NCBI RefSeq assembly: GCF_009914755.1
Contig: NC_060934.1
Reading direction: 5' to 3' (one strand)
Source of the DNA: the human T2T-CHM13v2.0 reference genome, Homo sapiens
DNA: 64,000 bases
Part shown: positions 26,881 to 42,369 of the stretch, in pieces
Layout: every line of letters begins with the position of its first letter
How positions within the stretch are numbered: position 1 is the first letter of the stretch
Program-made: the position numbers and the translations under genes
The notes under the pieces: generated by a model
The model's input: only the letters and a program-made list of their open reading frames with translations
The model's database searches: none
What the model was told of the DNA's origin: nothing

Positions 26881-27595
26881 TAAGATCTACAGTCCCGTTT
26901 CTAAGCCCCAAGCCCGTGCCTACGTTCCAGATGGAGCCTGAGGCTGGAGTGGGGTGGTGACTTCCTCATTGCTGCACGGGCTGTTCAGGAATCTTGTGGG
27001 GCAGCAGGTGCTGGCCTAGGACTCCCGGAACTAACAACAGCAACAGAAACAACGCTACCATGCACTGAGCCCCTGTTAAGTCCCGGGCACCGTCCTGGGT
27101 GCTTTACCTATTTTGCAGTGGCTCAGCCGGTTCAGATGGGAGAGCAGGACGGCAGCGAGTGAACAGTCCGCTTGGAGCTCTCCTCCTGCTCCCACCCTCC
27201 TGCAGAGTTCTCGGGTTGATCTAGGGGGCAGAATGTGTTCTTCCTAAGCCCTGCCACCCCCGTTAATTTCTAACCAATGCAGCTGGGAGATAAGATAGCA
27301 CCAGCCCATTAATCAAGGCTGCCTGGCAGGGTGGGGTGGGGGTGGGGTGAGACAACACCACAACACAGTTGGAGATAAGCCCCTTCCTCCAGGCTCCCTC
27401 AGGGGCTGGGCCAGTGGAGATTGCTGGGAAGTTTGGCCCAGGTTCCAATCCCAAGTGTCTGGGTAGGGAGGGTGGAGCCCACAGTGGCTACCGGGGCGGT
27501 CACTGCGCTGGGAAGGGCAGGGGGGGCAGGCTGGATTGAGACGAGACGGGAGACCTGGGTTCTGGCTAAAGGGCTCCCTCAGCTCCCTCTGTGCC

Positions 27596-27894
27596 TTTAT
27601 TTATTTTATTTTTTAGATGGAATCTCACTCTGTTGCCCAGGCTGGAGTGCTGTGGCATGATCTCAGTTCACTGCAACCTCTGCCTCCTGGGTTCAAGTGA
27701 TTGTCCTGCCTCAACTTCCTGAGTAGCTGGGATTCCAGGCACCCACCACCACGCCAGACTAATTTTTGTATTTTTTGTAGAGATGGGGTTTCACCATGTT
27801 GGCTAGGCTGGTCTTGAACTCCTGATTTCAAATGATCCACCCTCCTCGGCCTCCTAAAGTGCTGGGATTACAGGTGTGAGCCACCGCGTCCGGC
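27596..27894 (-). mobile_element. AluS
   Basis: Full-length; flanked by ccctctgtg direct repeat. Confidence 0.94.
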
Positions 27895-28244
27895 CCCCTC
27901 TGTGTCCTTAGATAAGTCACTGCACCTCTTTGGGCTGCTGTTTCTACATCTGAAAAAATGGGGGGTTGGGGGATTGGACTAGATGACACGAAGGGCCCCT
28001 ACACTTTAAAGGTGCTCAATGCCTGGCCCTGGGTAGGTGAGGCATGGACTGACCTGTGGGCAGGGAGAGGGGCAGAGGGTGTGTGGGCAGAGGCACCACC
28101 TTGGCTAAGGGACAGTGGGCTGGACGGGATTTGTCCCTGCACCTGTCTTAGTCACCCAGGACAGCAAGTGGGTGGTGGTGGTGGGGGTGCTGCTGGGGTA
28201 CAGGAGGGGTAACAGGGCCCTTGAGCCACTGTGCACCTTGGAGG

Positions 28245-28495
28245 GCCATGCAGTACGCTGGTTAAGCACCCAGGTGCTGGAGTAGTGGCATTTGATTCAA
28301 ATCCCAGGTCTGCTTCTCCCCTGTGTAATCTTGGGTGAGTCCCTCAACCTCTGGCACCTCAGTTTCTCTATCTGTACAATGGGCATGATAATAGTGTTTA
28401 CCTTGTCATTTTTGGGAAGTTTTGCTAGAAAGATAAATGTAAAGTGCTTAGCTCGATTCCTGGCAGATGGCAAGTGCTCAGTAAATGTGAGTTCT
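28245..28495 (+). mobile_element. MIR
   Basis: cctcagtttctctatctgtacaatggg...aagtgctcagtaaatg. Confidence 0.75.
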
Positions 28496-28639
28496 TACTT
28501 CTTTCCCGGCCAGGTCCATAGGGCCTGGACCCTTGTTAGAGCAGATTCTGTGTGACCACAGCTGTGGAGGAGATGGGGCAGTTCAGCCTCAAAGCAACTG
28601 CTGGCCCAAGGATGCTGATTATAAAGTGTACTTAAAATG

Positions 28640-29415
<776 letters not shown>

Positions 29416-31254
29416 ACATTAACAGCTATTCTATGCCCAGATGCTCTGTGGTGGGAACTGGACACACATTATCTCTAATTCCCACAAAAGCTTTCTAAGT
29501 TAGGAATGAAGTTTCTTCTATGGGTGAGAATATAGTGATTCAAAGGGATGAAGCATCTTGCCCAAGGCCACCAGCCAGGGGGTGTCCACAGTGCTGTCTG
29601 GTCCCAGAGCCTGGCCTTTCCCACCACACCAGGCCATTCCCCACCCCAGATACAACCCAGTTTCAGCCACACCCAATCCAGCCTTGGCTTTGAAGCCACA
29701 CAGGACTGGCTACGGTAAGGAGACCTCCTTGGTTGTAGGATTAAAAGTAATGTATGAGGCACAGGGCATGAGAAAGGTAGGGACTTTCAGAGCCACACTG
29801 ACCTGGGTTTGGGTTCTGACTTTGCTTCGTGCCTCAGTTTTCTCATCTGTATGGTAGGAGCAATCATGTCCATGGGGCAGGACAACTACAAGGATTAGAT
29901 GAGGTGTGTACGCAGCAGGTATGCAGCACTGGCTGTTATTATCATGGGATGGGGCTAGGTAGCCCTGAGGCTGGGCCGAGAGAAGGCTGCCCTCCCTGGG
30001 AGTAGTGTGTTCTCATGGTGGAAGCAATGTCCCCCCTTCCTGGTCTGAGGACTCCCATCCGGGTTGTGTTCAGCAAAGACAGGGAATCCAAGTGATGGTG
30101 CTGCTTTGCCAGCCCTGTAGGTAGGGCTGAGGCCAGGCCCCCACGCCTGAGGGCCAGACTCGGCCAGGCTACGGACTTTCCCTAACCTCCCCGCCCTGAC
30201 TCTTCCTAGGCTCAGGGGGTCCAGGCTGGGAGCTCCCCGGAGCCCTCCCCTCCTGCCTTCCCAGTGTCTCCCATGTCTCCGGCAAGGAGGGATCTGCATG
30301 CACTTGTCTGCTTCCGCCAGCAGAGGGAGCAGGTGCTGTGTCTGGGAACCAGGGAGGCTCCAGGTGAGGTGGCTGCCTGGCAGGGGGTCCTCTTGTCCTG
30401 GAAGCCCCTTAGCCCAGTGGGTGACTTGGTGATTTGGAGCAGAGCTGGCAAGGGTGGGGGCTGCATCCTAGAGCTCCTCCGAAAAGACCAGTCTCAGCTC
30501 TCTAGAGCCCAGGAGATGGGGCCATGTTCAAGGAAGGGAAGGGATGGGGTTTCCTGGGCCTGAGATCTCAGATCTCGGCCCCCGCCTCCCTTGCAATCCA
30601 GGGAGGCAAAGAAGTCATTGCTGCACTCCATAGTCTGTCCAGCTAATTTCATACAGTGCCAACTCTATGCCAGGCACTGTGGTAGCCCTGGGAGTGCACG
30701 GCAGATGTGGCCTTTCACAGGGCTGACATTCTAAAGGGAAGCTGGGCAAAGACAAGATGTATGAATGGAGTAATGGCAAACATGCGGTAAAGGAAATAAA
30801 CAGGAGGCTGGGAGAGGCAGCAGCTGGGGACCCATGTCTACACTGCTCACCCAGATGGCCAGGTGGAATTGAGGTGGAGCAAGTCCGTGAGTCTGTGGGT
30901 GGGAACTGCCTCCTCCACTATGCCCCTCTCAGCCATGGGCTCCTATTGTCACCAGAAATCACCACAGGTCATCATAAGGACCTGGCCATGACAGCAGGGA
31001 GGACGTTTAGTCCACTAGTCACCTGCAGGATTATCCATGGAACTAATTCACTGGAGCACCTGGAGTCACACAGGCCTGGCTTGTGGCCTGGCTCAGTCAC
31101 TTATCACCTGTGTGACCTTGGCTAAGATGCTTAAATTCTCTGTTTTGTCATCTGCAAAGCAGTAATAAAGATTCCTACATAGTGCGAGGACTGTGGTGTG
31201 TTCATCCTCTTGCAGCGCTACCTCTTGCCAGCTGACGTGTTGCGCTCACATACA

Positions 31255-32510
<1,256 letters not shown>

Positions 32511-32946
32511 CAAAAATTATTTTCACTAATAACCATGTAATAATCAGTAATAATTATTTTTAAACAACTTGTTCTTTCGTTTTGAAACAAATAAACACAA
32601 AGAAAATGTCAACTTTAAACATACTGTTCAAATTCAGTAAAATGTTTTGTGTATAAACAAATGTTGTATTTACCAGACAAAAGCATTCATACTTAACATC
32701 ATGGTTATCCATTTTAAACACAAAACAAACCTCCATAGAGTGGTGCCATAGAATGACAGAATTGAAGAAACTCAAATTCTGTTTTTTTTCATACTCAATA
32801 GACTATAATTTTTTATTTTGAATAAAATAAAATAAAATAAAAATAATAAAAAATGAACTAAATAAATAAAATACCCTTTAAATGCAGGAATGTGTAGTAC
32901 TGTATGATTTGGGGACACAAACTGCACTTGAAGCCAGCTGGAATGA

Positions 32947-33260
<314 letters not shown>

Positions 33261-33334
33261 CAGCTTGAATGATTCTCAACTGTTAGGAACTTACCCTAGA
33301 AATACACAGGTGGGAAACAAGCAAGGTGCCCTTC

Positions 33335-33885
33335 AATAAGTAAATGGTAAATTGTGGTACATCCATGCAATGGAGTGTTATTCAGTGAGCAAAAGAGATA
33401 AGATACACTGTCAAACTATGAAAAGATACTGACGAACCTCAGATGCATGGTACTAAGGGGAAAAGCCCATCTGAAAAGGCCGTATGCTGTGTGGTTCCAA
33501 CTACAGTGCATGACATTCTGGAAAAGGCAAAGCTATGGAGACAGCAAAAAGATCAGTGGTTGCCAGGAGCTGGGGGAGGGAGGGATGAATAGGTGGATGG
33601 CAGACGATTTTTAAGACAGTGAAACTATTCTGTGTGATACTATAATGACGAGTAATATCATTACATGGTCAAAACCCATAGAATGTACAAAGCTTTTGCT
33701 GGTCATTAGTGAACTCTAATGTAAACTATGGATTTTCATTAACAACAGTGTATCAGTATTGGTTCACCAATTGTAACAAATGTACCACTGTAGTGTAAGA
33801 TGTTAATATTAAGGGAAACTACCCGCACTCAATTTTTCTATAAATCTAAAACTGCTCTAAAAATGAAGTTTACTAATTAAAAATA
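33335..33885 (+). mobile_element. L1MC-like 3' end
   Basis: tgtggtacatccatgcaatggag, gacattctggaaaaggcaaa, tcagtggttgccagg, aattgtaacaaatgtacc L1M 3' UTR motifs. Confidence 0.8.
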
Positions 33886-34369
33886 TATCACAAGCATAGC
33901 TAAGTCAGCGTGTGTCTAAGGCTGCCCGAATAACCGAGAGCTTTCTAAATTAACTGTCATGTAGAATATGATGCTTATGAAAGAATAAATCACGAAAGTG
34001 TGCTAATTGGAAGTTAACTTGTATGAAAGCCCAGCAGTATAACCACGTCACTTGTTTAGAACTTAGACCAATGAAGGATTTTTTAGGGAAGGGTATTTTA
34101 TCACTGATATACCTTAAAGGAATTGCTTGGTGAGAATAGCATGTAGATGGCCCCTTGGTTTGTTTTACTGATGTTTCCAATTGTCTACCAGCACACTCCC
34201 ATATTGCCTGCACCTGGGAGGGCCCACTCCCAGCGCCCTGCTCTCAGCGCCCCCTGCCAGCAATCCAGGTGTTCTTTCCATACTCAGTGCGTCCCTGGAT
34301 GCTGCATCCCATCTCACAGGACCTTGTTAATGGGCAGAAGAGAACTGTTTCTTTTCTCATGTCCCTTTT

Positions 34370-34935
34370 TAACTTTTTATTTTTAATAGGCTTAATTTTT
34401 TTAGAGCAGTTTTCGGTTCACAGCAACATTGAGAGGAAGGTAGAGAGATTCCCCATATACCCGCTGCCCTCCCAACATGCACAGCCTCCCCCATTATCCA
34501 TACCGCTCACCAGAGTGGTACGTGTGTTACAACTGATGAGCTTACATGGGCACACCATCATCTCCCAAAGTCCATGGTTTTCATTACGGTTTGCTCTTGG
34601 TGTTGTACATTCTATGGGTTTGGATAAATGTCTAATGACACGCATCCACCATTATAGTATCATACAGAATAGTTTCATTGTCTTAAAAATCCTCTGTGCT
34701 CCACCTATTCACCCCTCTCTCTCCACTAACCCCTGACAACACTGATCTTTTTACTGTCTTCACCATTTTTCCTTTTCCAGAATGTCATATAGTACATAGC
34801 CTTTTCAGACTGGCTTATTTTACTTAGTAATACACATTTAAGCTTCCTCTATGTCTTTTCATGACTTGGTAGCTCGTTTTTTTTTTCTTGTTGAATAACA
34901 AGATTGCATTGATTGGCCACAGTTTACCTATCCTC
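34370..34935 (-). mobile_element. L1MC-like 3' end
   Basis: ttagagcagttttcggttcacagc...gttgtacattctatgggtttgga L1MC motifs. Confidence 0.8.
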
Positions 34936-35232
34936 TGTGTCTTTTTTTAAGAGCAAGAAAGCATTTCCTAGAAGTCTCCCCAGCTGACTTCCTGTCATGT
35001 CTCATCGGACAGAATCAAGTCACATGCTCCTTCCTAAGCCAGTTGCTGGCAAGGGGAAAGACGTTACCATGAGTGACCAAGTATCAGTCCTGGGACAAGG
35101 AGAGTCCAGCCTTCTCTGAAGTTCTGACAACCTAATACATGAAAAAAATTCTTGCAAGGGCTATTTAGTGAGGATGGAGTCAGGAAATGGCTGTTGGGTG
35201 GGTAACCAATAATGTTTGCTTCGGCAACCACA

Positions 35233-35510
35233 TTTTTTTTTTTTTTTGAGACAGGATCTTATTCTGTTGCCCAGGCTGGAGTGCAGTGGTGTGATGTAGC
35301 TCACTGCAACCTTGAACTCCTGGGCTCAAGTGATCCCCCTACCTCAGCCTCCCAAATAGCTGGGACTACAGGCACACACCATCATGCCCAGATAATTTAT
35401 TTATTTACTTTTGTGGAGACGGGGGTCTCATTGTGTTGTCCAGGCTGGTCTTAAACTCCTGGCCTCAAGCGATCCTCCTGCCTTGGCATCCCAAAGTGCT
35501 ATGCTCAGCC
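35233..35510 (-). mobile_element. AluJ
   Basis: Alu consensus, small deletion near 5' end. Confidence 0.92.
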
Positions 35511-36627
35511 TACATCTTTTTTAAAGATAAAATTTAATTTTTCTGCTTATAAAATGCATTTTAGAAAATCTGAAAACTACATAAAGTAAAATAAAACTCA
35601 CCAATAATCTCAACTTCTGGTGATTATTATTGTTAGCACTGTGCAGTATCCATCTCTTTCTTGATTTTTTTCTCTATTTACTTGCAGTGACACATAGAAT
35701 GAGATATTAAGTCAGGACTCTTTCTCTTCCAGTATTGACTGAGGCACGAAGACAAAGGTGCCACATGCAGAAGGAGCTGTGGGCAGCACACTGTGGTTGA
35801 GAACTGGGGAGATGGCAAAACGGGGTCAGGATCTGGAGATTTGGGAGAAATTTGAGAGAATTTCTTTGTAGAAGGCTATGCTGTGAGTCCCAACCCCTTA
35901 GTGCCAACCTGTGAGGGAGGGAGGTTACCCCTCCCCTCAAGCCTGATAAGATGGGCTACAAGGAAACCCCTTGGAGGAGCCTAGGGTGTGTCTCTTGGAG
36001 TTTGGGAGGCTCAAGGATCATGACATGAACCCAAGGAGTCTAATGGGAAGGGCTTTGGCTTTCAGCCTGAAAAGGTGTAGCAAAGACAGCAAGTGAAAAA
36101 AAACCTGTGTTGGGAGCCAGCTCCTCTTCTATGGATGGTGAAGCAAAGGAGGTGTGCATGTTCTCTGTGGACCAGATGAGGCCATGAGTGAGGGAGATGC
36201 AGTCTAGAGCTGCTTTAGTTTCATTCCACTGGAACCACCTGGAAGGGTGGTGGGATTCCAACTGAGGGTCAGGGTGACTGGGCCACAGGAAATCAGACAC
36301 TCTGGGGAGAAACAGTTAAGTGCACTTGAAACCTTCAGAGGCTCTTAGGATCTCTCTTAGATCTGAATTCTGTTCTCCCAGGCTTCCTCAGACCCCTCCC
36401 ATAGATACCTCTTTGCACCTTTCCCATCTGGTTTCCTATCCCGGTCCTTGCATATACTCCTCTCTACTGCCCAAGGTAACAGAGTACCAACCCCCATGCC
36501 CCTTCCTGTGTCTTACAAAACTCTGCCATCTCAGGCTTCAGCCAGAGGCTAATGAGGTCTTCCTCTGCCCAGACTTTTGCAGGTTGAAAATTAGGAGAGG
36601 GATTTGACAAAGAAGGAAAAGTTTAGG

Positions 36628-37584
36628 CTTTCTCTACCAGGGCTGTGACCAGTGTTCTACTTACTTAAGGAAAAAAACACCTCACTATCATCAAGGAACC
36701 CATAGGATAGAGTAAGGAATGCTCTGCTGCATGTTTTTTCTTCTCTCCTGAGACTTCTCTTAAAAGTGTGCTAAGTCTTCTAACTCTGTCTTCTAGGTCT
36801 CTTATAATTGCATCTATATTTTTCATTCTTAATCTCTCTGTGCTGCATTCTAGATAATTTCTTAAGACCTAATTTCTAGTTCACTAATTCTCTTTTCAGC
36901 TGTATATAAACTGCTGTTAACCCTATTCTTTGAGATCCTAACTTTTTTTTTTTCAGAGCTAGAATTTCTATTTGGTTCTTTTTCAGACTTGCTATGTCAC
37001 TTTTTATAGTTACTTATTCCCTGCCAAAATTTTAAAACTTAGACTTAAAAAAAACCCAGACATGTGTGAGAAGACTTTTATTTCTTTAAATACATTAAGC
37101 CTAGTTGGTTTTAGTTTCTACCTGATAATACCCATATTTTATGTACTTTGGGACCTATTTCTGTTGTCCATTGTTTCTTTTATTCTTAGAAAAATAACTC
37201 TACCTCCAGCTCAGTGCTACCCAGGCTGTGACCAGGCTGTGATCAACTGTAGCTCTGAAAAAAAAATTAGAATCTCAAAGAATGGGGTTAACAGCAGTTT
37301 AGATACAGCTGAAAAGAGAATTAGTGAACTAGAAGTTAGGTCTTAAGAAACTATCTGGAATGCAGCACAGAGAGATTAAAGATGAAAAATATAGATGCAA
37401 ATGTAAGAGACATAGAAGATAGAGTGAGAAGACTTATCATACTTTTAAAAGAAGTCTCAGGAGAGAAGAAAAAGCATGTGGCAGAGCATTCCTTAAGTGA
37501 CTCATCCTATGGGTTCTTTGATGATAATGAGGTGTTTTTGCCCTTAAGTAAGTAGAACACTGGTCATAGCCCTGGTAGAGAAAG
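36628..37584. repeat. Long inverted repeat: arms 36628-36961 and 37250-37584, ~290-bp spacer
   Basis: Arms are reverse complements, about 90% identical by hand alignment. Confidence 0.95.
36720..37190 (-). mobile_element. Ancient L1M (L1ME-like) ORF1-region fragment
   Basis: The inverted copy translates NGVNSSLDTAEKRISELEVRS, resembling the L1 ORF1p coiled-coil (NSRLDxAEERISELED). Confidence 0.7.
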
Positions 37585-37749
37585 TCCACAAAGCAGCTTT
37601 GTAGCTGAGCTTAAGCAGCTTTGTAGCTGGGTTTATCTCTTGGGGTGGAGATAAACTTTGTGCTGACACCAGCCACCTTGCTGCTCCTTCATCCTTAGTG
37701 CAGGGCCTTATGGCCCAAGACGCTACTCAAGCTGCACCTGCATTTTAGG

Positions 37750-38000
37750 TGTGGGAGGAGAAAGGCTGGAGAAAGGCATACCTTCACATTTAAGGAGGCT
37801 TCTTGGCAGTCCTGCAGAATAAACCTCCTTAATCTCATGGACTGGACCTTGCATACCACTCACATGGAGCTGCCAGGGAAGTTGGGAAATGGAACCTCTG
37901 AGCTGGGTAGCACTGGGCTGGTTGCGGGGTTCTTTTTCTAAGGAAGACAAGAAAAAGGGAATTTGGAAGGCAACTGGAAGTTTCTGCCACCGTAACTTTG
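37750..38000 (-). mobile_element. MaLR (MLT1J-like) fragment
   Basis: ctcacatggagctgccagggaagttgggaaatg; gcaactggaagtttctgccac terminus. Confidence 0.55.
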
Positions 38001-38054
38001 ACCGGATCACTTTTCGTCATTGGATTTCAGTTCTTCATCTATAATTGGGGAGAA

Positions 38055-38260
38055 GGCACTGTTGGCAGTGCCTTCTGTGTTGGGTGGCACAATTCTTCAC
38101 TGTGCAGAACTGTCCTCTGCCATGTCGGACATTTAGCACTCCCAGGCCGTGTGTGTTAAATGTCAGTAGCATACCTAGGCTCCGTTACCACCACAACAGC
38201 CCTGGTCTTTGCTACCTGCTTCTAGGGGACAGTGCTGCTGCCTGTTGTGAACCCCTGGAC
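38055..38260. mobile_element. MER20-like hAT MITE remnant
   Basis: aattcttcactgtgcagaactgtcctctgccatgtcggacatttagca resembles MER20. Confidence 0.5.
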
Positions 38261-40529
38261 AACATCGTGGTTCTAGATTTCCCCCTAACAGTGGCATTCT
38301 GTGGGAGCCTGTGGTTCTATGATGTTTGGGTCTCAGTAACTTCATCTGCCAAATGGGCAAAGGAAGGAGACAGGAGGGGAATGCAAATCTGCTTCTTTAG
38401 TTCTCCTGGGCTTTAGAGGGAGAAAGGAATCATGCAGCTAGAGTCAGGGTCATTGGTCTCCAAGGTCAGTGGTCAGACAGGGAGAAAGGACAGAGGGGAA
38501 AGGAAGGAAGGGGCCAGGACAGAACTTTCTAAGGAGTGGGAGGGGTGGAGACAGGAACCACCCAGAACACCTAGTCCCAGCAGGGGCCCGCTGTCCCTCC
38601 ACAGGCCTTCACTGTGCTGCTGGTGTGAGCATCATCTCCTGAGAAGCTGGCACGCTGGCCTTCATCTGTCATGATGCCCTTATTAGTGGCTCCCACGTCC
38701 ATCGGCGGGACCTCATAAGCGGGGCCTGCCTGACCTTTGGAGCAGCAGATGCTACATCTGGCAGGGCTGATCAAAGAACCCCGGGACCAGGAGGCCTTGG
38801 GACTGAGCCGGTGCCCAGGGGCTCTGCCTCCTCTCCTGCGGGCTCTCAGTTTCTGGTCCCTGCTGGGATGTGGGAGGCAATTAGTTGGATCACACTGTGC
38901 TCACCCCAGTGAGTTCTCATGGAGCCAGAGGGGAGGATGTGCGACTCGCAAGAGCTTTGCTGCCTAGATTCAAAGTTGGTTCTGACACTTATTTAATTGT
39001 GTGACTTTGGGCAAGTTACTTAACCTTTCTCTCTTGTTTGTTCCCTCATCTGCAAAATGGAGATAATGATAGTTCATATAAATAAGTGGTAGTTGTTGCT
39101 ATTCTGGGTGGAACTCTGCTCTCTTTGTTCCTGGCCCTGGAGATTCTGGTGCATATGATGCGGCTTAGAGGATTTAAGCAGTTTGCCCCAGGTTCCACAG
39201 TCAGCCAACGTGGGCAAGGCCCTGCCTACCTCAAAGTGCAAGCTCTCCACCAACCTATGATGCAGAGAGGGGTTCCCCGGGAGGGAAGTGGCAGCCTTGG
39301 CATTTGTTGTTCTGCCCAGAGGGGCTGGGATGTGTGGGGAGTGCAGGGGATGGAGGTGATGGAGAATCTGGGCCACACAGCTCCTGTGCAGAAAGCTTCA
39401 GAAGGCTTACCAAGGCTGGACCAACAGGGAGGCTGAGGGCTGTGAGTGTCCTTGGAGGAAGATGGGGTGGGACACAGTGGCGAGTGGACCAGTAGCAGCC
39501 ATGCAGCAAGCAGAGTCCAGCTGGGCTCCACTCGGGGTGGACATCTGAGTCCCCAGCTGCCTCAGCTGTGCCCAGTGTAGGTCTAGGAGCTCAGAGAGAG
39601 CCACCTGTCTGCCACCTGCCCCAGTTCAGACATAGATGCAGATGTAGGCTTGCATGCACTGTTCGATTTTTGTCTCCAGCTATTCCTCAGAATGTGTGCC
39701 AGGAGCCCGAGGGAGGAGCTGACCCAACCCAGAGAAATGTTCTTGAAAGCTGCCCAGGCCTTAGGGAGGGGCCCATGAACAGGCTCCCCGGAGCTAGCCA
39801 GCAGTGCAGGGTCCTGACCTGCCAGTGGAGGTTCCACAGAGTGCCATGGAGGTGCTGGGGAATGGAGGGGGGCAGGGCTGGGCCCCACAGGCACACAGCA
39901 AGGAGGCACAGAACCACTGCTGGGGCCCCTTTCACCCCGCTGCGGGGTCCACTGGGTGAGAAGGGGGAGGATGGGGCTGTGGCTGGGGAACAGTGGGGCG
40001 TTTGGCAGATGAGCTGGGTCTGAGGTCAGAAGACCCAAGCACTAGCCCTGGTTTTGGCATTTATGATCATTGAGTATAGTATTTAAGCTAATGTCATAAT
40101 TAGGGTGTCATCTTTATAGATGTCAATGAATAATGAACATTAATTAATATGGGGAGCAACTATTTATGTATCACTTACCATGTGCCAGGCATTGTGCCAA
40201 GGACATCTATGAACGGTCTCTTGTAATTCTCCCAGAATCTTATGAGGAAGGTGTCGTTTTCAGAGAGGAAACTGCCATGAAGGCTGGTGACTTGTCAAGG
40301 TCACTGCAGCAGGCAAAGGGTGGTGTCTGGGACTGCATCCTGCTGTGTCTCCTCCACAGGTCACATGCTACATCATGGACGAGCATGACACTTGTTAGCT
40401 GTGAGCCACGCTACCTTTCCAAACTTCCTTTTGCTCATCAGCAAAATAGTTTTAAATACTTTTATCCTGATTACATCACAGGGAGCAGTTAGAATCAATT
40501 GAATGAGGCATGTGACAAGTATTTGTAGG

Positions 40530-41030
40530 TTCATTTATTATTTAATCAACGATGATTTATGGAGTCCCTGTTTTGTGCTGGTCACTCTTCTAGAGCCCAG
40601 TGAGACAGCAATGAACAGAACAGGCAAGGTCCCTGCTTTCAGAGGACCTAAACTCTAGCATGGGGGTAGGGGGACATGCAATCAACAATTTATGTATTTG
40701 TACGTACAACACTTATGCAATTGTACATAAAGAAATACGATGTTCTTTCTCATAATGTTCAGTGCTTTGAATAAAAAAAGAGAGGGTGATGGGACTCAGT
40801 CTATGTCAGATGGATTGGGAGTCAGAGGTGATGTGAGGAGGTGATGCTTAGAGTTGAAGACCACTGACATAAGGGAGCCAGCCACGTAAGGAACCTTACT
40901 GGTGAAGGGATGGGAGGAGGGTCTGACCAGTGGCTAGAGCACAGTAAGTGGAGGGAGGGCAAGCACGGGAGTACAGAGTCAGGCAGGGGCCAGGCTGCCG
41001 GAGTCTTGTGGGCACTGGCAGGGAGTTTGG
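40530..41030 (-). mobile_element. L2 fragment
   Basis: ttcatttattatttaatcaac...gagacagcaatgaacagaacaggcaaggtccctgc L2 reverse signature. Confidence 0.6.
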
Positions 41031-41031
41031 A

Positions 41032-41310
41032 TTTTTTTTTTTTTTTTTGAGAGTACAGTGGTGTGATCACATCTCACTGCAGCCTCAACTTTGAAGACTC
41101 AAGCGATCCTTCCACTTCAGCCTCCCATGTAGCTGGAACTACAGGCATGCACCACCATGCCTGCGAGATTTTTTAATTTTTTTTTTTTTTTTGTAGAGAC
41201 GAAGTCTCACTATGTTATCCAGGCTGGTCTTGAACTCCTGGCTCAAGCGATCCTCCTGCCCCAGCCTCCCAAGGTGCTGGGATTACAGGCGTGAGCCACT
41301 GTGCCTAGCC
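41032..41310 (-). mobile_element. AluJ
   Basis: Alu consensus with poly(T). Confidence 0.9.
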
Positions 41311-41898
41311 AAGTTTGGATTTTATTCTCAGGGGAATGGGAGCTGGGTTGTGTATTTTAGAAATACACGTGCTGCAGAAAACTAAACTGACAGTGTCACA
41401 AACAAATGAAGTTTATTTTTCTCACTTGAAAAGGAGACTGAAACTGGGTGGCTGTTGGTGCTGGCTCAGTGGCTTGGGGAGGTTGGGGCTGGGATGTATG
41501 TCATTCCTGGGCTTTCCCCTCTGGTTGTGAGTGGCTGCAGCAGCTCCAGGTATCACGGCTACATCCCAGATAGTCTGCTGGCTTCTTCTTAATCAGAACT
41601 GCTCTTAGCTTCAAGAGAGGCTGGAAAAGGGAGTCAGGTATAGGAATGAACTTTTCTGGCCCTCAGATGAAGGCAGGCAGGAGAGCTAGGGCTGGAGGTT
41701 GGGTATGGGTGAGCCTTGGCTTCAGCTACACTAGCGCTTGTTGAACTTTCAGGACATAGGATGCACGGGTCTGGGCTGGGGTCTGAGATTCTGTGTTTCA
41801 GGCATGCTCTCAGGAGATGCTGATGGGGCTGGCCTATCACTCAGACTCTGAAGAACATGGGTAAACACCACTGGAGAGTTTTAAGTAAGAAAGTCGTA

Positions 41899-42260
<362 letters not shown>

Positions 42261-42369
42261 TCAGGGACTAGAGGTGACACCAGGGGTCCAGTTAAGGGAA
42301 CAGAAATCACGATCACTTGGGTTAGGGTGGTAGCAGGGCAGATGGTGCTGACAGTTGGGTTAAAAATAT

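Noticed and set aside
34155-34736. 193-aa ORF
   Set aside because: Mostly antisense L1MC 3' UTR sequence.
36628-37584. Inverted repeat read as a DNA transposon with long TIRs
   Set aside because: Arms contain L1 ORF1-like sequence continuous with the spacer on one side only, and no TSD is evident.
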